A stretch of 64,000 nt of DNA from Deltaproteobacteria bacterium (lineage in GTDB: Bacteria; Myxococcota_A; Polyangia; GCA-2747355). The stretch lies in contig JACKDQ010000002.1 in NCBI GenBank assembly GCA_020633415.1, positions 134,945 to 198,944 on the forward strand. Reading direction: 5' to 3'. The notes under the pieces are model-generated. The model made no database searches. It worked only from the letters and a program-made list of their open reading frames with translations, and was not told where the DNA came from. The position numbers and the translations under genes are program-made. This document shows positions 36,740 to 47,756 of this stretch, piece by piece (the stretch's first letter is position 1; each line of letters opens with the position of its first letter).

Positions 36740-37335
36740 CAGATCTTCACGCGACGCCCTGGAAACCACTGTTCGCAGCATCGAACGTCATCGACCTCGC
36801 ACCAACGATGCTCGATAAACAGTTCTAGCCGATGAAAATCGAGCGCACCTCGCGCGTCATCGGTAGACCAGGCGCAGTGCGTGCGCGGATTCTGCCCGTG
36901 GATCGCATAGGCATTGATCCGATGCGGTTCGGCGGGCAACAGCGTGCGCGAAAAAACCGCGACACAGCGCCAGCGATCGTCGCCGAGCGCAACCTTGAGC
37001 GACTGCGGTCGCAGGTGTTCATCAACGATCTGTCGCACGCCGCGCAGCCGTAACATCAAATAGTGACCGTGTGGCCCGAACTCGAGTTCGATGTATTCGT
37101 GATCAGCGCCGGCGATGAACAGCTCGACCACCTCGTGTTCCCAGAGTTTCCAAAGGCGCCCCTCGGCTGCTTCTGGAGGCGGATCGGCAAAATACGGCGC
37201 GTCGATCACCACGGCGACTGAGCGCAGATCGCGAGCGATCGACAGCTCGTAGCGCTGCGCGAACGGCTTGCCGTCGAAACAGCGGTCGATCACCAGCGGC
37301 GCTAGCGTGAATTGGCTAGACTCATCGCTGCCCAT
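36739..37335 (-). CDS. hypothetical protein (198 aa)
   Basis: Start MGSDESSQF. High GC3. The Arg-rich 112-aa extension in the track was rejected. Confidence 0.6.
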   Translation of the reverse strand: MGSDESSQFTLAPLVIDRCFDGKPFAQRYELSIARDLRSVAVVIDAPYFADPPPEAAEGRLWKLWEHEVVELFIAGADHEYIELEFGPHGHYLMLRLRGVRQIVDEHLRPQSLKVALGDDRWRCVAVFSRTLLPAEPHRINAYAIHGQNPRTHCAWSTDDARGALDFHRLELFIEHRWCEVDDVRCCEQWFPGRRVKI

Positions 37336-37775
37336 AGTCCCGCCAGCGCAAAGAACGGCGTCGCTAATAGTGTGCCGCCCAGAGCGAAGCAGCAGACGCC
37401 GACACCGGCGGCGCCGGACGCCGCCAGCGCCCAACTGCAGCTGCCTACCAAGATCTGTTCTCGACGACGATCGGCGCGACAAAGTCGACCGTCGCCCACA
37501 CGACCGCTGATCACCACGCACGACACACCGCTCTGCCGGCACAAGGCATCGGCGTGTTGCTGAAGCGCCACGATCAACTGATCCCGAGCGCGCCAGTGCA
37601 AATGCTCGTCGAGATCGAAACGCAGCTCGCCTCCCGTTCGCGCCGCGCAGTGCTGCTCGACGATCTCGCAACCGACCCGATACAACTCGGTCAGCGGAAG
37701 GTCGGGCAGCTTCGCCTGCAAGCCGACTGGCGATCGCACAACCAGGGCGTTATCGATGTCGTTTCGCGTCTCCAC
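37302..37775 (-). CDS. hypothetical protein with C-terminal hydrophobic tail
   Basis: GTG start. GC3 roughly 80% by hand count over the first 45 codons. Overlaps the next gene by 34 nt. Confidence 0.5.
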   Translation of the reverse strand: METRNDIDNALVVRSPVGLQAKLPDLPLTELYRVGCEIVEQHCAARTGGELRFDLDEHLHWRARDQLIVALQQHADALCRQSGVSCVVISGRVGDGRLCRADRRREQILVGSCSWALAASGAAGVGVCCFALGGTLLATPFFALAGLWAAMSLANSR

Positions 37776-37910
37776 CTGTCTCTATGTTCACCGATCGACG
37801 CGTCCAGGACCAGGGGGCGAACGCTCCGACCTGATCCTACATTGGTGCAACGTGCACCGGTGTCGCGATTTCCTCTGCGCGTTCGGCGAATCACTGGTTA
37901 CCATCGAAAG

Positions 37911-38537
37911 ATGCTTCGGGCGATCTTGCCGGTCTTGGCAACGCTTTTGCTGATCTCGACACCACTTGATGCGGCGATGCCCAAGGCGCTGCGCCAACAG
38001 CTCGCGCGCGGCGAGGTCGTCACCCATTACTACAAGACGCCAGCCGGTCTCGGCACCGGCTGGGCGATGGCCATCGTTAACGCCCCCCCCGAGCAGGTCT
38101 TCGCGGTGATCGCCGACGTCGAGCGCTATCACGAATTTTTCAAACGCGTAGTGCAAAGCCGGATCGTCGCCCGGCAACTGGGCAGCTACGACTTCTACTA
38201 CAAGATCGATCTACCCTGGCCGTTGTCGGACCTCAGCTGCACCACGCGCAACGTCCACGAAATCGACCGCAAAAAGCGGCGATTCAAGCGCAGCTGGACC
38301 CTGCTCAACGGAACGTTTAGCCACAACCAAGGCTATTGGCTGGTCCAAGCCTATCCCGATAACAAAACGCTGCTGACCTATTCAGTGCTGTTGCGCCCTA
38401 AGCTGTCGCTGCCCCAGTCGATCCTCAACTATGTCAGCAAGGTCGCCCTGCCACGATCGGTCAAAGCGGTCCGCAAGCGCGTCGGAGACCTGCAGAAAAC
38501 ACGAGTGAATTCAAAGAGCTCGACGAAAGCGCCCTAG
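37911..38537 (+). CDS. secreted SRPBCC/START-like (lipid-binding fold) protein
   Basis: Start MLRAILPVLATLLLISTPLDA (signal peptide). Overall resemblance to the polyketide-cyclase/START fold (low-specificity call). Confidence 0.6.
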   Translation: MLRAILPVLATLLLISTPLDAAMPKALRQQLARGEVVTHYYKTPAGLGTGWAMAIVNAPPEQVFAVIADVERYHEFFKRVVQSRIVARQLGSYDFYYKIDLPWPLSDLSCTTRNVHEIDRKKRRFKRSWTLLNGTFSHNQGYWLVQAYPDNKTLLTYSVLLRPKLSLPQSILNYVSKVALPRSVKAVRKRVGDLQKTRVNSKSSTKAP

Positions 38538-38600
38538 CCGAGACCGACCGGCCCCCACAAAAACGCTCAAGATCGCCGAAAAACGGCCGATTTTCTAAGT

Positions 38601-39653
38601 GTGCAGGATATACCAAGAAGACTGCGCTGTTTTGACGGCCAATGGGCGCTTGAGGTCGAAACCTACGTCGAGATCTACGACGGCATTTTTCGCCCCAAGT
38701 GGCGCAGAATCATGGGTGCAGCTTCGATCACCACCGAGCTGCTGAGCGTGTTTCGCGCCCAGGCCTTGGCCGAGGGCGCCAACGCGCTGATGGCTCATGA
38801 AACCGAGTGGGACGACGGTCGCTGCTACGAAGCGAAAAACGGCCGCTGGGTGCTCACGCCGGTCTGGGCGCCGCAAAGCGGCGGTGAACCCGAAGACGTC
38901 AAAGAGCTCAAAGAGCGGCTATCGAATATGGAGCAGCTGCTCGGCACGCTGCGCGGTTCGATCGAGCGGCTAGAGACGATGCTCGCCGCAGGGATCGATC
39001 CCGCCGCGCTCAAGGCTGCTGCCCAAGGCGCGCTACCTCGCGGCGACGACGCCGAGAACGAGATGCTCGCCGGACTGGGCCTCGACGGTGCGATGCCCGA
39101 GATGGGCTTTATGCCGGAGCCGGAGCCTGAGCCGGAACCTGAGCCCGACGAACCCGTCGAGCTGTCCGACGATATCGCCGCGATGCTCGACGGCGCCAAC
39201 GCCGATGACGATCTGCCAACCAACGAGCGCGTCATGAGCGCGGTCGCACACGCTTGTGCCGATATCCTTGGCGGACTCCCCGAGCCCGTCGGTGAGGATG
39301 TGCTCGAATCGATCGTCAACAACAAGCCGATTCTCGCCGTGCTGCAAATCACCGGGGGGTTCACCGGCATGGTGGCCTTTGCCGCCACCGAGGACCTAGC
39401 ACGCTTGCTGGCAGGTAAGGGTGGCGCGACCGCCGATGGAGAAGAGGCCCTGATCGATGGACTGACCGAGTGGGCCCAGCCCCTGGCGCGAAAAGTGGCA
39501 AAGATCTTCGGCAGCGGCTCGATGGCCGCACCGCCGGTTGTCGATCGCGGCGACCAAGAAACGCTCGAGCATTTTGCCGGCCAGGCAGCCGAGAAGTACT
39601 ACGGGAGCTTCGGCGCCGACGACTTGGTCTGCTGCTTCATCATCGAACAGTAG
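38601..39653 (+). CDS. coiled-coil / acidic (PE)n linker protein with C-terminal CheX-like domain
   Basis: GTG start. PEPEPEPEPEPDEP run. C-terminal ..AVLQITGGFTGMVAFAATEDLARLLAG...IDGLTEW...MAAPPVV resembles the CheX/CheC-type fold. Confidence 0.5.
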   Translation: MQDIPRRLRCFDGQWALEVETYVEIYDGIFRPKWRRIMGAASITTELLSVFRAQALAEGANALMAHETEWDDGRCYEAKNGRWVLTPVWAPQSGGEPEDVKELKERLSNMEQLLGTLRGSIERLETMLAAGIDPAALKAAAQGALPRGDDAENEMLAGLGLDGAMPEMGFMPEPEPEPEPEPDEPVELSDDIAAMLDGANADDDLPTNERVMSAVAHACADILGGLPEPVGEDVLESIVNNKPILAVLQITGGFTGMVAFAATEDLARLLAGKGGATADGEEALIDGLTEWAQPLARKVAKIFGSGSMAAPPVVDRGDQETLEHFAGQAAEKYYGSFGADDLVCCFIIEQ

Positions 39654-40242
39654 CGTCGAGCTGCGACCCACGACCGTGGCTGCACGGTGCGTCGCTCCAT
39701 TGCGGACAAGCGAAGCAACGATCGCCAGCGCAACCCTGCTCTCCCTCGAGCGAACAGTCGAGCATCCGCCGAATCCAACCGATCTGCTCGGCCGCGACCT
39801 TTCGTCCGGTCAAGCCGGCAAGATACAGCGCACCAGCGAATACCAGGCAGACCGGCAACACCCACAGCGCTGTCGGCGAACGACCAAGTGTCGCCTGCGA
39901 CATCGCAAAGATCGCCGCGGAGATCGTGGCAAAAGCGATGCATGCGTAGCTAAAGGCCAGCCCGGTCCAAATCGCCGGCCGCGGCCCAAAGCGTCCAAAG
40001 ATCCGCGCCTGTCCGTCTTGATGGTCGTAAACTTCCGCAGATAACCACGGCGACCAAAAGTGACGGTGATCGCCCTTGATTAACAGTTCGATGTGTCGGT
40101 CGACTACCGTTCCCTCACACTTACACGTCGCGCTGGCCAACCCCTGCCTAATGCGCTCCAACAACTGCTCCGGCGCAACGTCGACGACGCGTTCGAGCGT
40201 CGGCCGGAGTCGTATCCCCCGCTGAATCTCGCTTTGTTCCAT
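39640..40242 (-). CDS. membrane protein (200 aa)
   Basis: Start MEQSEIQRG. Three hydrophobic segments in the C-terminal half. The track's 120-aa extension overlaps typA and was rejected. Confidence 0.55.
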   Translation of the reverse strand: MEQSEIQRGIRLRPTLERVVDVAPEQLLERIRQGLASATCKCEGTVVDRHIELLIKGDHRHFWSPWLSAEVYDHQDGQARIFGRFGPRPAIWTGLAFSYACIAFATISAAIFAMSQATLGRSPTALWVLPVCLVFAGALYLAGLTGRKVAAEQIGWIRRMLDCSLEGEQGCAGDRCFACPQWSDAPCSHGRGSQLDATVR

Positions 40243-40371
40243 CGGCTCAGCATATGCGCAAGCGGAGGCGAAAAACCACCCTCCCCTTTGGCGACAAAAG
40301 CCAAGTATTAGCCGCCCCGCTGTGCTATAGGTCGCCCGCGACAACGGGCATAGACAGCCCAACCCATTGAT

Positions 40372-42177
<1,806 letters not shown>

Positions 42178-42223
42178 CGGCAGGGCCGAGCTAGCGGCAA
42201 GGCCGAGCTTTGCTGGGCCGCGC

Positions 42224-42904
42224 TCAGCAGGGCCCGGCGTGCTGAACCGATACACCGGCGGCAGCGGCACGGCAAGCATTGCTGAACGTCACGCCGTTGC
42301 AGCCACAGACCGGATCGAACTGTGCGGTGCAGGTCTGCGGTCGCGGTTCGCACACACCCATCTGATCGGCCACACCGCAATGGCCACCCTGATAGTTGCA
42401 GTAATCCGACGTGTCTCGGCAACGCAAACCAACGATGCCACCACAGCGCTCGACGGTGCAGGCGATCTTGGTGCAACCAACGAGGCCGTTGTTGCACATG
42501 CAGGTGTTGCATCCATCGCTGGCCGGAAAACTCGCACCGTGCGCGTACAGCTGACCGTTGAACGTGCAGCCTATCGGCGGGCAGGCCTTTTCCGTGCATC
42601 CAACTTGACCGTCGTTGCAGACGCAGGTGTTACAGCCATCGGCTGCCGGAAAACTCGCACCATCGGCGTATGTCCGTCCATCGACGGTGCAGGTCTTCGG
42701 ACAGGCGCGCAGCGTGCAACGGACCCTCCCCGCGCTGCAGCTGCAGCTGTTGCAGCCATCAGTCGCCGCGAAGGTCTCGCCGTCGCCATAGGTCGCACCA
42801 TCATAGGTGCAGGTATCGCCCCCACCACAGCCCGCAGATTGCTGCTTTGCCGCAACCAAGAACAGCAACGCCACCGGAATAAGCGCCATCACGCGACCAC
42901 GCAT
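42224..42904 (-). CDS. secreted Cys-rich protein: 3 tandem VWC-like repeats + C-terminal Kazal-like domain
   Basis: Signal peptide. Three ~40-aa repeats CTxxGxxYxxGxxFxxxDGCNxCxCxxGxxxCTxxAC. C-terminal CTAQFDPVCGCNGVTFSNAC...C matches the Kazal core PVCGxxGxT(Y/F)xNxC. Confidence 0.8.
   Translation of the reverse strand: MRGRVMALIPVALLFLVAAKQQSAGCGGGDTCTYDGATYGDGETFAATDGCNSCSCSAGRVRCTLRACPKTCTVDGRTYADGASFPAADGCNTCVCNDGQVGCTEKACPPIGCTFNGQLYAHGASFPASDGCNTCMCNNGLVGCTKIACTVERCGGIVGLRCRDTSDYCNYQGGHCGVADQMGVCEPRPQTCTAQFDPVCGCNGVTFSNACRAAAAGVSVQHAGPC
42458..42811 (-). repeat. three tandem ~120-123-bp coding repeats (six-Cys modules)
   Basis: Residues C32-C68, C72-C108 and C113-C149 align position-for-position on all Cys plus the Y, G, F and DGCN residues. 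Confidence 0.8.
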
Positions 42905-43334
42905 CGCTCGACTCCTTCAAGTGCCTCGGGAACTTCCCCCCCGGACACTTGCAGCTAGCCCCTTTTCGCCAGCGGGTCAAGCGGCTCGAGCAGCCAGCCC
43001 AAACGGCCGGCGGCCAGACGCAAATGGCGCTCTAGCGCCAGGCTTGAATCGGGACTAAACGCGCATCGCGACTTGATTTCGCGCCGTTTCAACGACCGCG
43101 GCGAGCATCTGGCGGTGGGCCTACGGCAAGAGACACGGCTCGGCTCCGCGCCAGCCGATCTCGCGAGGCCCAGCCTCAGCGGGTCACCTTTTGCCGCGTT
43201 GCCCATGGCTGACCGCTTGCCGTCCTGCGCAGATTGGCCAGCGCAGGTAAGGAATTGGTTTAGCGTCCGATTTCAGCCGAGCGATCGGCGGAAAGATCGG
43301 TTCCGCGCCCGAGTGGTAGTTCGCGGAGGGACCC

Positions 43335-43973
43335 ATGAGACGCCATTATCTTCACGCCTGTTTAGTCCTCGCCGCGTCGATCAGCGGCGGCTGCTCGTCC
43401 GACACTTATCATCAACAGACCAGTGACGCTGCGACCATCAACGGCACAGCACGCGATGGCGCAACACTAAGGACCGACGACAGCCGTGTCTGGGATCAAC
43501 GCCGCCCAGTCGCTGACGGCAGCATCGATCGTTCCCCGCTGGACGCTGGCCCGTCGACGGATCAATCCTACGCCAGCGATAGTTCATCAGCGCAGCTCGA
43601 CAGCCAACGAACGCCGCCGACCTGCGGTGAGGTATTGACCTGCGTCTACCTGGCCTGCCCTCCCGGCGACAAGCCTTGTCACAACAGCTGCTATGCCAAC
43701 GCCGGCTCCCCTGCAGGTGACCTGGCGCGCAGCGTCGTCGACTGCAACGAAAGATTGGCGAACGACAAGACTTGCGCAACCGCATGCAGCGGTGCCACGC
43801 CACAGCTCTGCCAGCGCTGTGAGGCGATCTGCAAGCCTGACGCAGACGCCTGCGCCAGACACAGTGGCATCGCGATTCCCGATGGCGGCTTCAACATCGA
43901 CGGTGCTGTCTGGCCCGACGGACACTTAGTCAACGACGCGATGCCGACGCCCGACGCCACGCAGACCGACTAA
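43335..43973 (+). CDS. lipoprotein, Cys-rich C-terminal half
   Basis: GGAGGG SD. MRRHYLHACLVLAASISGGCSSD lipobox. Confidence 0.65.
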   Translation: MRRHYLHACLVLAASISGGCSSDTYHQQTSDAATINGTARDGATLRTDDSRVWDQRRPVADGSIDRSPLDAGPSTDQSYASDSSSAQLDSQRTPPTCGEVLTCVYLACPPGDKPCHNSCYANAGSPAGDLARSVVDCNERLANDKTCATACSGATPQLCQRCEAICKPDADACARHSGIAIPDGGFNIDGAVWPDGHLVNDAMPTPDATQTD

Positions 43974-44120
43974 ACAGGGAATCGCAGACCGGCGACGCTC
44001 GATCGCTGTTCGATCGGCGCCGCTGCGCGCGCTGCGCCGACGCCGACCGCTTCTCGCGATCTTCTTGGCGATCGCGCAGCGATCGTCGTACCCTTGATCG
44101 CCTGAGTCAGGGGAGAGAAC

Positions 44121-45197
44121 TTGTCCCAAGCCGACGAACTGGCGGTCCGCTGTCGCCCGCTACCCTTGGCGCTGCGCCGGCCCTTTACCATCGCGCGAAG
44201 CACCCAGCACGCCCGCGAAAATCTGCTGGTCGAGGTTATCGGTGCCCAAGTGATCGGTCGTGGTGAGGCAGCGCCCAATCCGCGATATGGTGAACGGTTT
44301 GAGAGCGCGCTGGCTGCACTGAGCGCGCTGGCTACGCTGCCCGCACCGTCGGACCTACAAGCTGCAGAGCAGCTGCTCGCCGAGCGCGGAGAGCAGCTGG
44401 TAGCTGCCGCCGGTCAAACGGCGAAGAACGCCCTCGCCTGCGCCTTGCTCGATTGGCTTGCCCGGCACCTGCGACAGCCGCTATGGAAGTTGCTTGGCTG
44501 CGCCGAGCCGCGGCCCAAAGCAACCTCGATCACGCTAGGCATCGCCGATCCTGTACTCATGGCCGAGGAAGCGCAGCGCTACCAGCAAGCCGGGCACACG
44601 CTCTTAAAACTAAAGCTCAGCGGTGATCCGGAGAGCGATCGCGCCCGCGTTCGTGCGATCCGCCAACGCTGTCAGCTGCCGGTTTGCGTCGACGTCAACG
44701 AGGGTTGGCGCGAGCTGTCCATCGCCGAGCGTGAGATCGAGTGGCTCGCGAATCAACAGGCGATTTTCGTCGAGCAACCGCTGCCGACCGGTGACACTGA
44801 GAAGCTCGCTGCGCTGCGGCAGTCGACGGCGCTGCCGCTCTTCGCCGACGAAGCGCTTAGCGGCGCTGAACCGGACTGGGACAAACTCGCGCGCTGCTAC
44901 CACGGCGTCAACGTCAAGCTCGACAAGTGCGGTGGACCGCTGGAAGCCAAGCGGCTGATCGAAAGCGCGCAAGAGGCGCAGCTAAAGGTGATGATCGGTT
45001 GCATGCTGACTTCATCGCTAGGGATCGCCAACGCGTTTCAACTCAGCGCAACGGCCGATCATCTGGACCTCGACGCGCATTTTTTGATCGCCGCCGATCC
45101 ATTCGCCGGTCTGAGCTTCGAAGCAGGCGCGCTCTCGATCGACACCCAGGCTGCCGGCTGTGGTGCCTCGTTTAGCGCAGAGTACGACGATGGCTGA
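44121..45197 (+). CDS. dipeptide epimerase (enolase superfamily, L-Ala-D/L-Glu epimerase-like)
   Basis: TTG start with GGGGAGAG SD. LKLKL (KxK), VDVNEGW, FVEQPL, FADEA and VKLDKCGG catalytic/metal motifs. Confidence 0.85.
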   Translation: MSQADELAVRCRPLPLALRRPFTIARSTQHARENLLVEVIGAQVIGRGEAAPNPRYGERFESALAALSALATLPAPSDLQAAEQLLAERGEQLVAAAGQTAKNALACALLDWLARHLRQPLWKLLGCAEPRPKATSITLGIADPVLMAEEAQRYQQAGHTLLKLKLSGDPESDRARVRAIRQRCQLPVCVDVNEGWRELSIAEREIEWLANQQAIFVEQPLPTGDTEKLAALRQSTALPLFADEALSGAEPDWDKLARCYHGVNVKLDKCGGPLEAKRLIESAQEAQLKVMIGCMLTSSLGIANAFQLSATADHLDLDAHFLIAADPFAGLSFEAGALSIDTQAAGCGASFSAEYDDG

Positions 45198-46383
45198 AAC
45201 GCAGCCACAGCGTGCACCGCGTCGCCAAACTCGACCGAAAATGCCCAAGCTGCGCGCTAGACGCACGCTGCTCGCTGCTCTGCTGCTCTTTGTCGGATGC
45301 GGCCGTAGCTGCGGCAACGACGAAGACCCAATGGCCTCACTCAAGCTGCGTGACTGGCGCCCCAAGACCACGGCGACGCTTAGGCGCACGCCGATCGACA
45401 AGCCTGCCTTTGAGGTGATCGACTTTCACACCCATCTGCGCAACATCAAAGAGCCCGCTCGATTGGTCGCGAAGATGGACCGGATCGGCATCAAGATGAT
45501 CGTCGACCTTGACGGTGGCGTAACGTCGCTCAAGGCGAACCTCGCGCGCTATGACCGCGCCTTTCCCGGCCGCTTTGCCTCCTTCGCTGTGATCGATTTT
45601 GAAAACAACATCGACGCTGCCGACTGGAGCGACCGCACCGCCAGAGCGCTTGACGACGCGTTTCGCCAGGGTGCGCGGGGGTTGAAGATCCACAAGTCGC
45701 TCGGACTCTACATTCGCTACAAGAGCGGCAAGCTGATGCCCGTCGATGATCCCAAGCTCGACGCGGCCTGGCGCATCTGTGCCAAGCATCGACGCCCCGT
45801 GGTGATCCACACCGCCGACCCCGCGGCGTTCTTCGAGCCCTTTGACAAGCACAACGAGCGCTGGCACGAGCTACTCGAAGAACCAGACTGGATCTACAGC
45901 GGGAAAAAGCTCTACTCGCGGGAGCAACTGTTTGCCCAACGCAACCGGCTGCTCGAACGCCACCCCGACACGACCTTTGTCGCGGCCCATCTAAGCGACA
46001 ACGCCGAAGATCTGCCGACCCTCGCCAAATGGCTCGACCGCTTCCCCAACCTCTACGTCGATCTCTCAGCGCGACTCAACGAGCTCGGCCGCCAGCCCTA
46101 CTCGGCGCGGCGCTTCCTGCTCAAGTATCAAGACCGCTTGCTGTTCGGTACGGACTTTCTCGCATTCGACAAGGACCGCTACCGCGTTTACTTTCGCGTA
46201 CTGGAAACCGCCGACGAGTATATCGACACGCGGTTAGCCAATGGCATTCAGGGGATCTGGCGCACCCATGGATTTTATCTTCCCAAAGCGGTGCTCAAGA
46301 AGATTTACCGCGACAACGCGCTGAAGCTTTTGGGCGACGATCAGAGCCCACATCCCGCGACTTCCCAGCCAACGCAGCGCTAG
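45190..46383 (+). CDS. amidohydrolase-family metal-dependent hydrolase (exported)
   Basis: ATG overlaps the upstream stop by 8 nt. IDFHTHL (HxH) motif. N-terminal signal/lipobox LLFVGC. Confidence 0.8.
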   Translation: MAETQPQRAPRRQTRPKMPKLRARRTLLAALLLFVGCGRSCGNDEDPMASLKLRDWRPKTTATLRRTPIDKPAFEVIDFHTHLRNIKEPARLVAKMDRIGIKMIVDLDGGVTSLKANLARYDRAFPGRFASFAVIDFENNIDAADWSDRTARALDDAFRQGARGLKIHKSLGLYIRYKSGKLMPVDDPKLDAAWRICAKHRRPVVIHTADPAAFFEPFDKHNERWHELLEEPDWIYSGKKLYSREQLFAQRNRLLERHPDTTFVAAHLSDNAEDLPTLAKWLDRFPNLYVDLSARLNELGRQPYSARRFLLKYQDRLLFGTDFLAFDKDRYRVYFRVLETADEYIDTRLANGIQGIWRTHGFYLPKAVLKKIYRDNALKLLGDDQSPHPATSQPTQR

Positions 46384-47045
46384 TGCTTGTCACCCCAGCT
46401 GCGCGCGATGAACGCATCTCGCCCTGATCCCCGGCGGTAGCTGTAGTAGCGCGTCGGGTCCTTTTTGTAGAACTTCTGGTGGTAGTTCTCTGCGGGCCAG
46501 AAACGTCCCGCCGCACTGATCTCGACGGCGATCGGCTTTGAGAAGCGCCCACTGCGCGCGAGCGCATCACGAGAACGCACAGCGATGCGGCGCTGCTCAG
46601 CGTTGAGGTAGAAAATACCCGGTCGGTATTGGGAGCCGCGATCGACAAACTGACCGTGCTTGTCGGTCGGGTCGATATTGCGCCAATAGACCTCGAGCAG
46701 CTTCTCGTAGCTGACCTGCTTGGGCTCGAAGATCACGTAGATCGCCTCGGTGTGGCCGGTCTTGCCGCGCGCGACATCATCGTATTGGGGATCGACCTCG
46801 TTGCCGCCGACAAAGCCGACGGTCGTCGACACCACACCGACTGTCTTGTCAAACGGCGGTTGCATGCACCAAAAGCATCCGCCAGCGAAGATCGCCACAC
46901 GCTGCCCTGCGGCCGGCTTGAGCAGCGGCGCTTTGCGTTTGTCCTTGGCGGACACCCAGCCGAACATTGTCGTCACCAGCGCGGAGACGATGGCGATGGT
47001 TAGCAAGAAGCGTCTTGCGCTGTTGTTCTTCGCCCAGTTGTTCAT
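46380..47045 (-). CDS. msrA: peptide-methionine (S)-S-oxide reductase, N-terminally membrane-anchored
   Basis: GGCFWCMQ active-site motif. The hydrophobic N-terminus [23 protein letters not shown] fixes the start at 47045 (ATGA overlap with msrB). Confidence 0.9.
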   Translation of the reverse strand: MNNWAKNNSARRFLLTIAIVSALVTTMFGWVSAKDKRKAPLLKPAAGQRVAIFAGGCFWCMQPPFDKTVGVVSTTVGFVGGNEVDPQYDDVARGKTGHTEAIYVIFEPKQVSYEKLLEVYWRNIDPTDKHGQFVDRGSQYRPGIFYLNAEQRRIAVRSRDALARSGRFSKPIAVEISAAGRFWPAENYHQKFYKKDPTRYYSYRRGSGRDAFIARSWGDKH

Positions 47046-47584
47046 CGTTTGGCTGCCTGCTGGTGCTTGACGTCGGCGCGCGGCACAAATTTCAACGCGA
47101 CTGAATTGATGCAATAGCGCAGACCGGTCGGCCTCGGCCCGTCGGTAAACACGTGGCCAAGATGGCCGCCGCAACGGGCACATCGGACTTCCACACGACG
47201 CATCCCATAGCTATTGTCCGCATGCTCGCTGATCGCCGCGGCGTTCGCCGGGCGAGTAAAGCTCGGCCATCCGGTGCCCGATCTGAACTTCGCTGCCGAC
47301 GAAAACAAGTGCAAGCCGCAGCCAGCGCAGAGGTACTCGCCGGCGCGCTTGTTGGCATAGAGCGCTCCGCTAAAGGCCCGCTCGGTGTGGCCTTGGCGCA
47401 GCACGTCGTACTGCATTGGCGTCAGACGTTTGCGCCATGTTGCGTCACTTAGCCGCAGGGGCTTGATCGTCGAACGGCTCGAAGCACTGTGGCGATCAGC
47501 AGCCTGGTTGGCGCTGCTTGAGCGACAGGACATCAAGCCACCGAGCAGCAGAAGGGCAACGACGAGCATCGGTTTTTTGGCCAC
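47042..47584 (-). CDS. msrB: peptide-methionine (R)-S-oxide reductase lipoprotein
   Basis: Lipobox GGLMSC. Two CxxC Zn motifs (CAGCG, CARCG). Catalytic RYCINS. Confidence 0.9.
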   Translation of the reverse strand: MAKKPMLVVALLLLGGLMSCRSSSANQAADRHSASSRSTIKPLRLSDATWRKRLTPMQYDVLRQGHTERAFSGALYANKRAGEYLCAGCGLHLFSSAAKFRSGTGWPSFTRPANAAAISEHADNSYGMRRVEVRCARCGGHLGHVFTDGPRPTGLRYCINSVALKFVPRADVKHQQAAKR

Positions 47585-47728
47585 ACCGTGTCTACGCCCA
47601 GAAGCCGAACGCCGTTACGTCTAGTGGTTAGATCCCGGCCTTTGAACCGCTTCGAATGTGAGAGACCTCACCGAATAACGTCGAGGTTAGCGACATTTGT
47701 GCACCAACTTACAAACACTTGCAGACCT

Positions 47729-47745
47729 TGGCACCCTCCGTGCAA
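47729..47745 (+). promoter_or_regulatory. sigma54-type promoter candidate
   Basis: TGGCACcctccGTGCA with GG/GC 12 nt apart. The predicted TSS falls within a few nt of ATG 47757, so it would be leaderless or the start call is wrong. Confidence 0.3.
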
Positions 47746-47756
47746 CCAAGGTCAAC

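Noticed and set aside
37336-37671. Arg-rich 112-aa extension of the 36739..37671 ORF
   Set aside because: Its composition (RRRCRRLLLRSGR...) is non-protein-like. It overlaps a better frame (37302..37775) that has high GC3.
42239-42958. 239-aa + strand ORF overlapping the Cys-rich VWC/Kazal gene
   Set aside because: The minus frame has a signal peptide and a perfectly periodic Cys pattern. The + frame has neither.
46380-46383. Convergent genes sharing overlapping stop codons (CTAG here; CTAA at 36386-36389)
   Set aside because: This is a real but trivial consequence of compact convergent genes. It is not a functional element.
47611-47671. tRNA-like fragments (TCTAGTGGTTAGA D-arm-like, TTCGAAT T-loop-like)
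   Set aside because: No acceptor stem, anticodon stem or T-stem complementarity could be built by hand, so it is not a tRNA gene. A degenerate remnant cannot be excluded; tRNAscan-SE would settle it.
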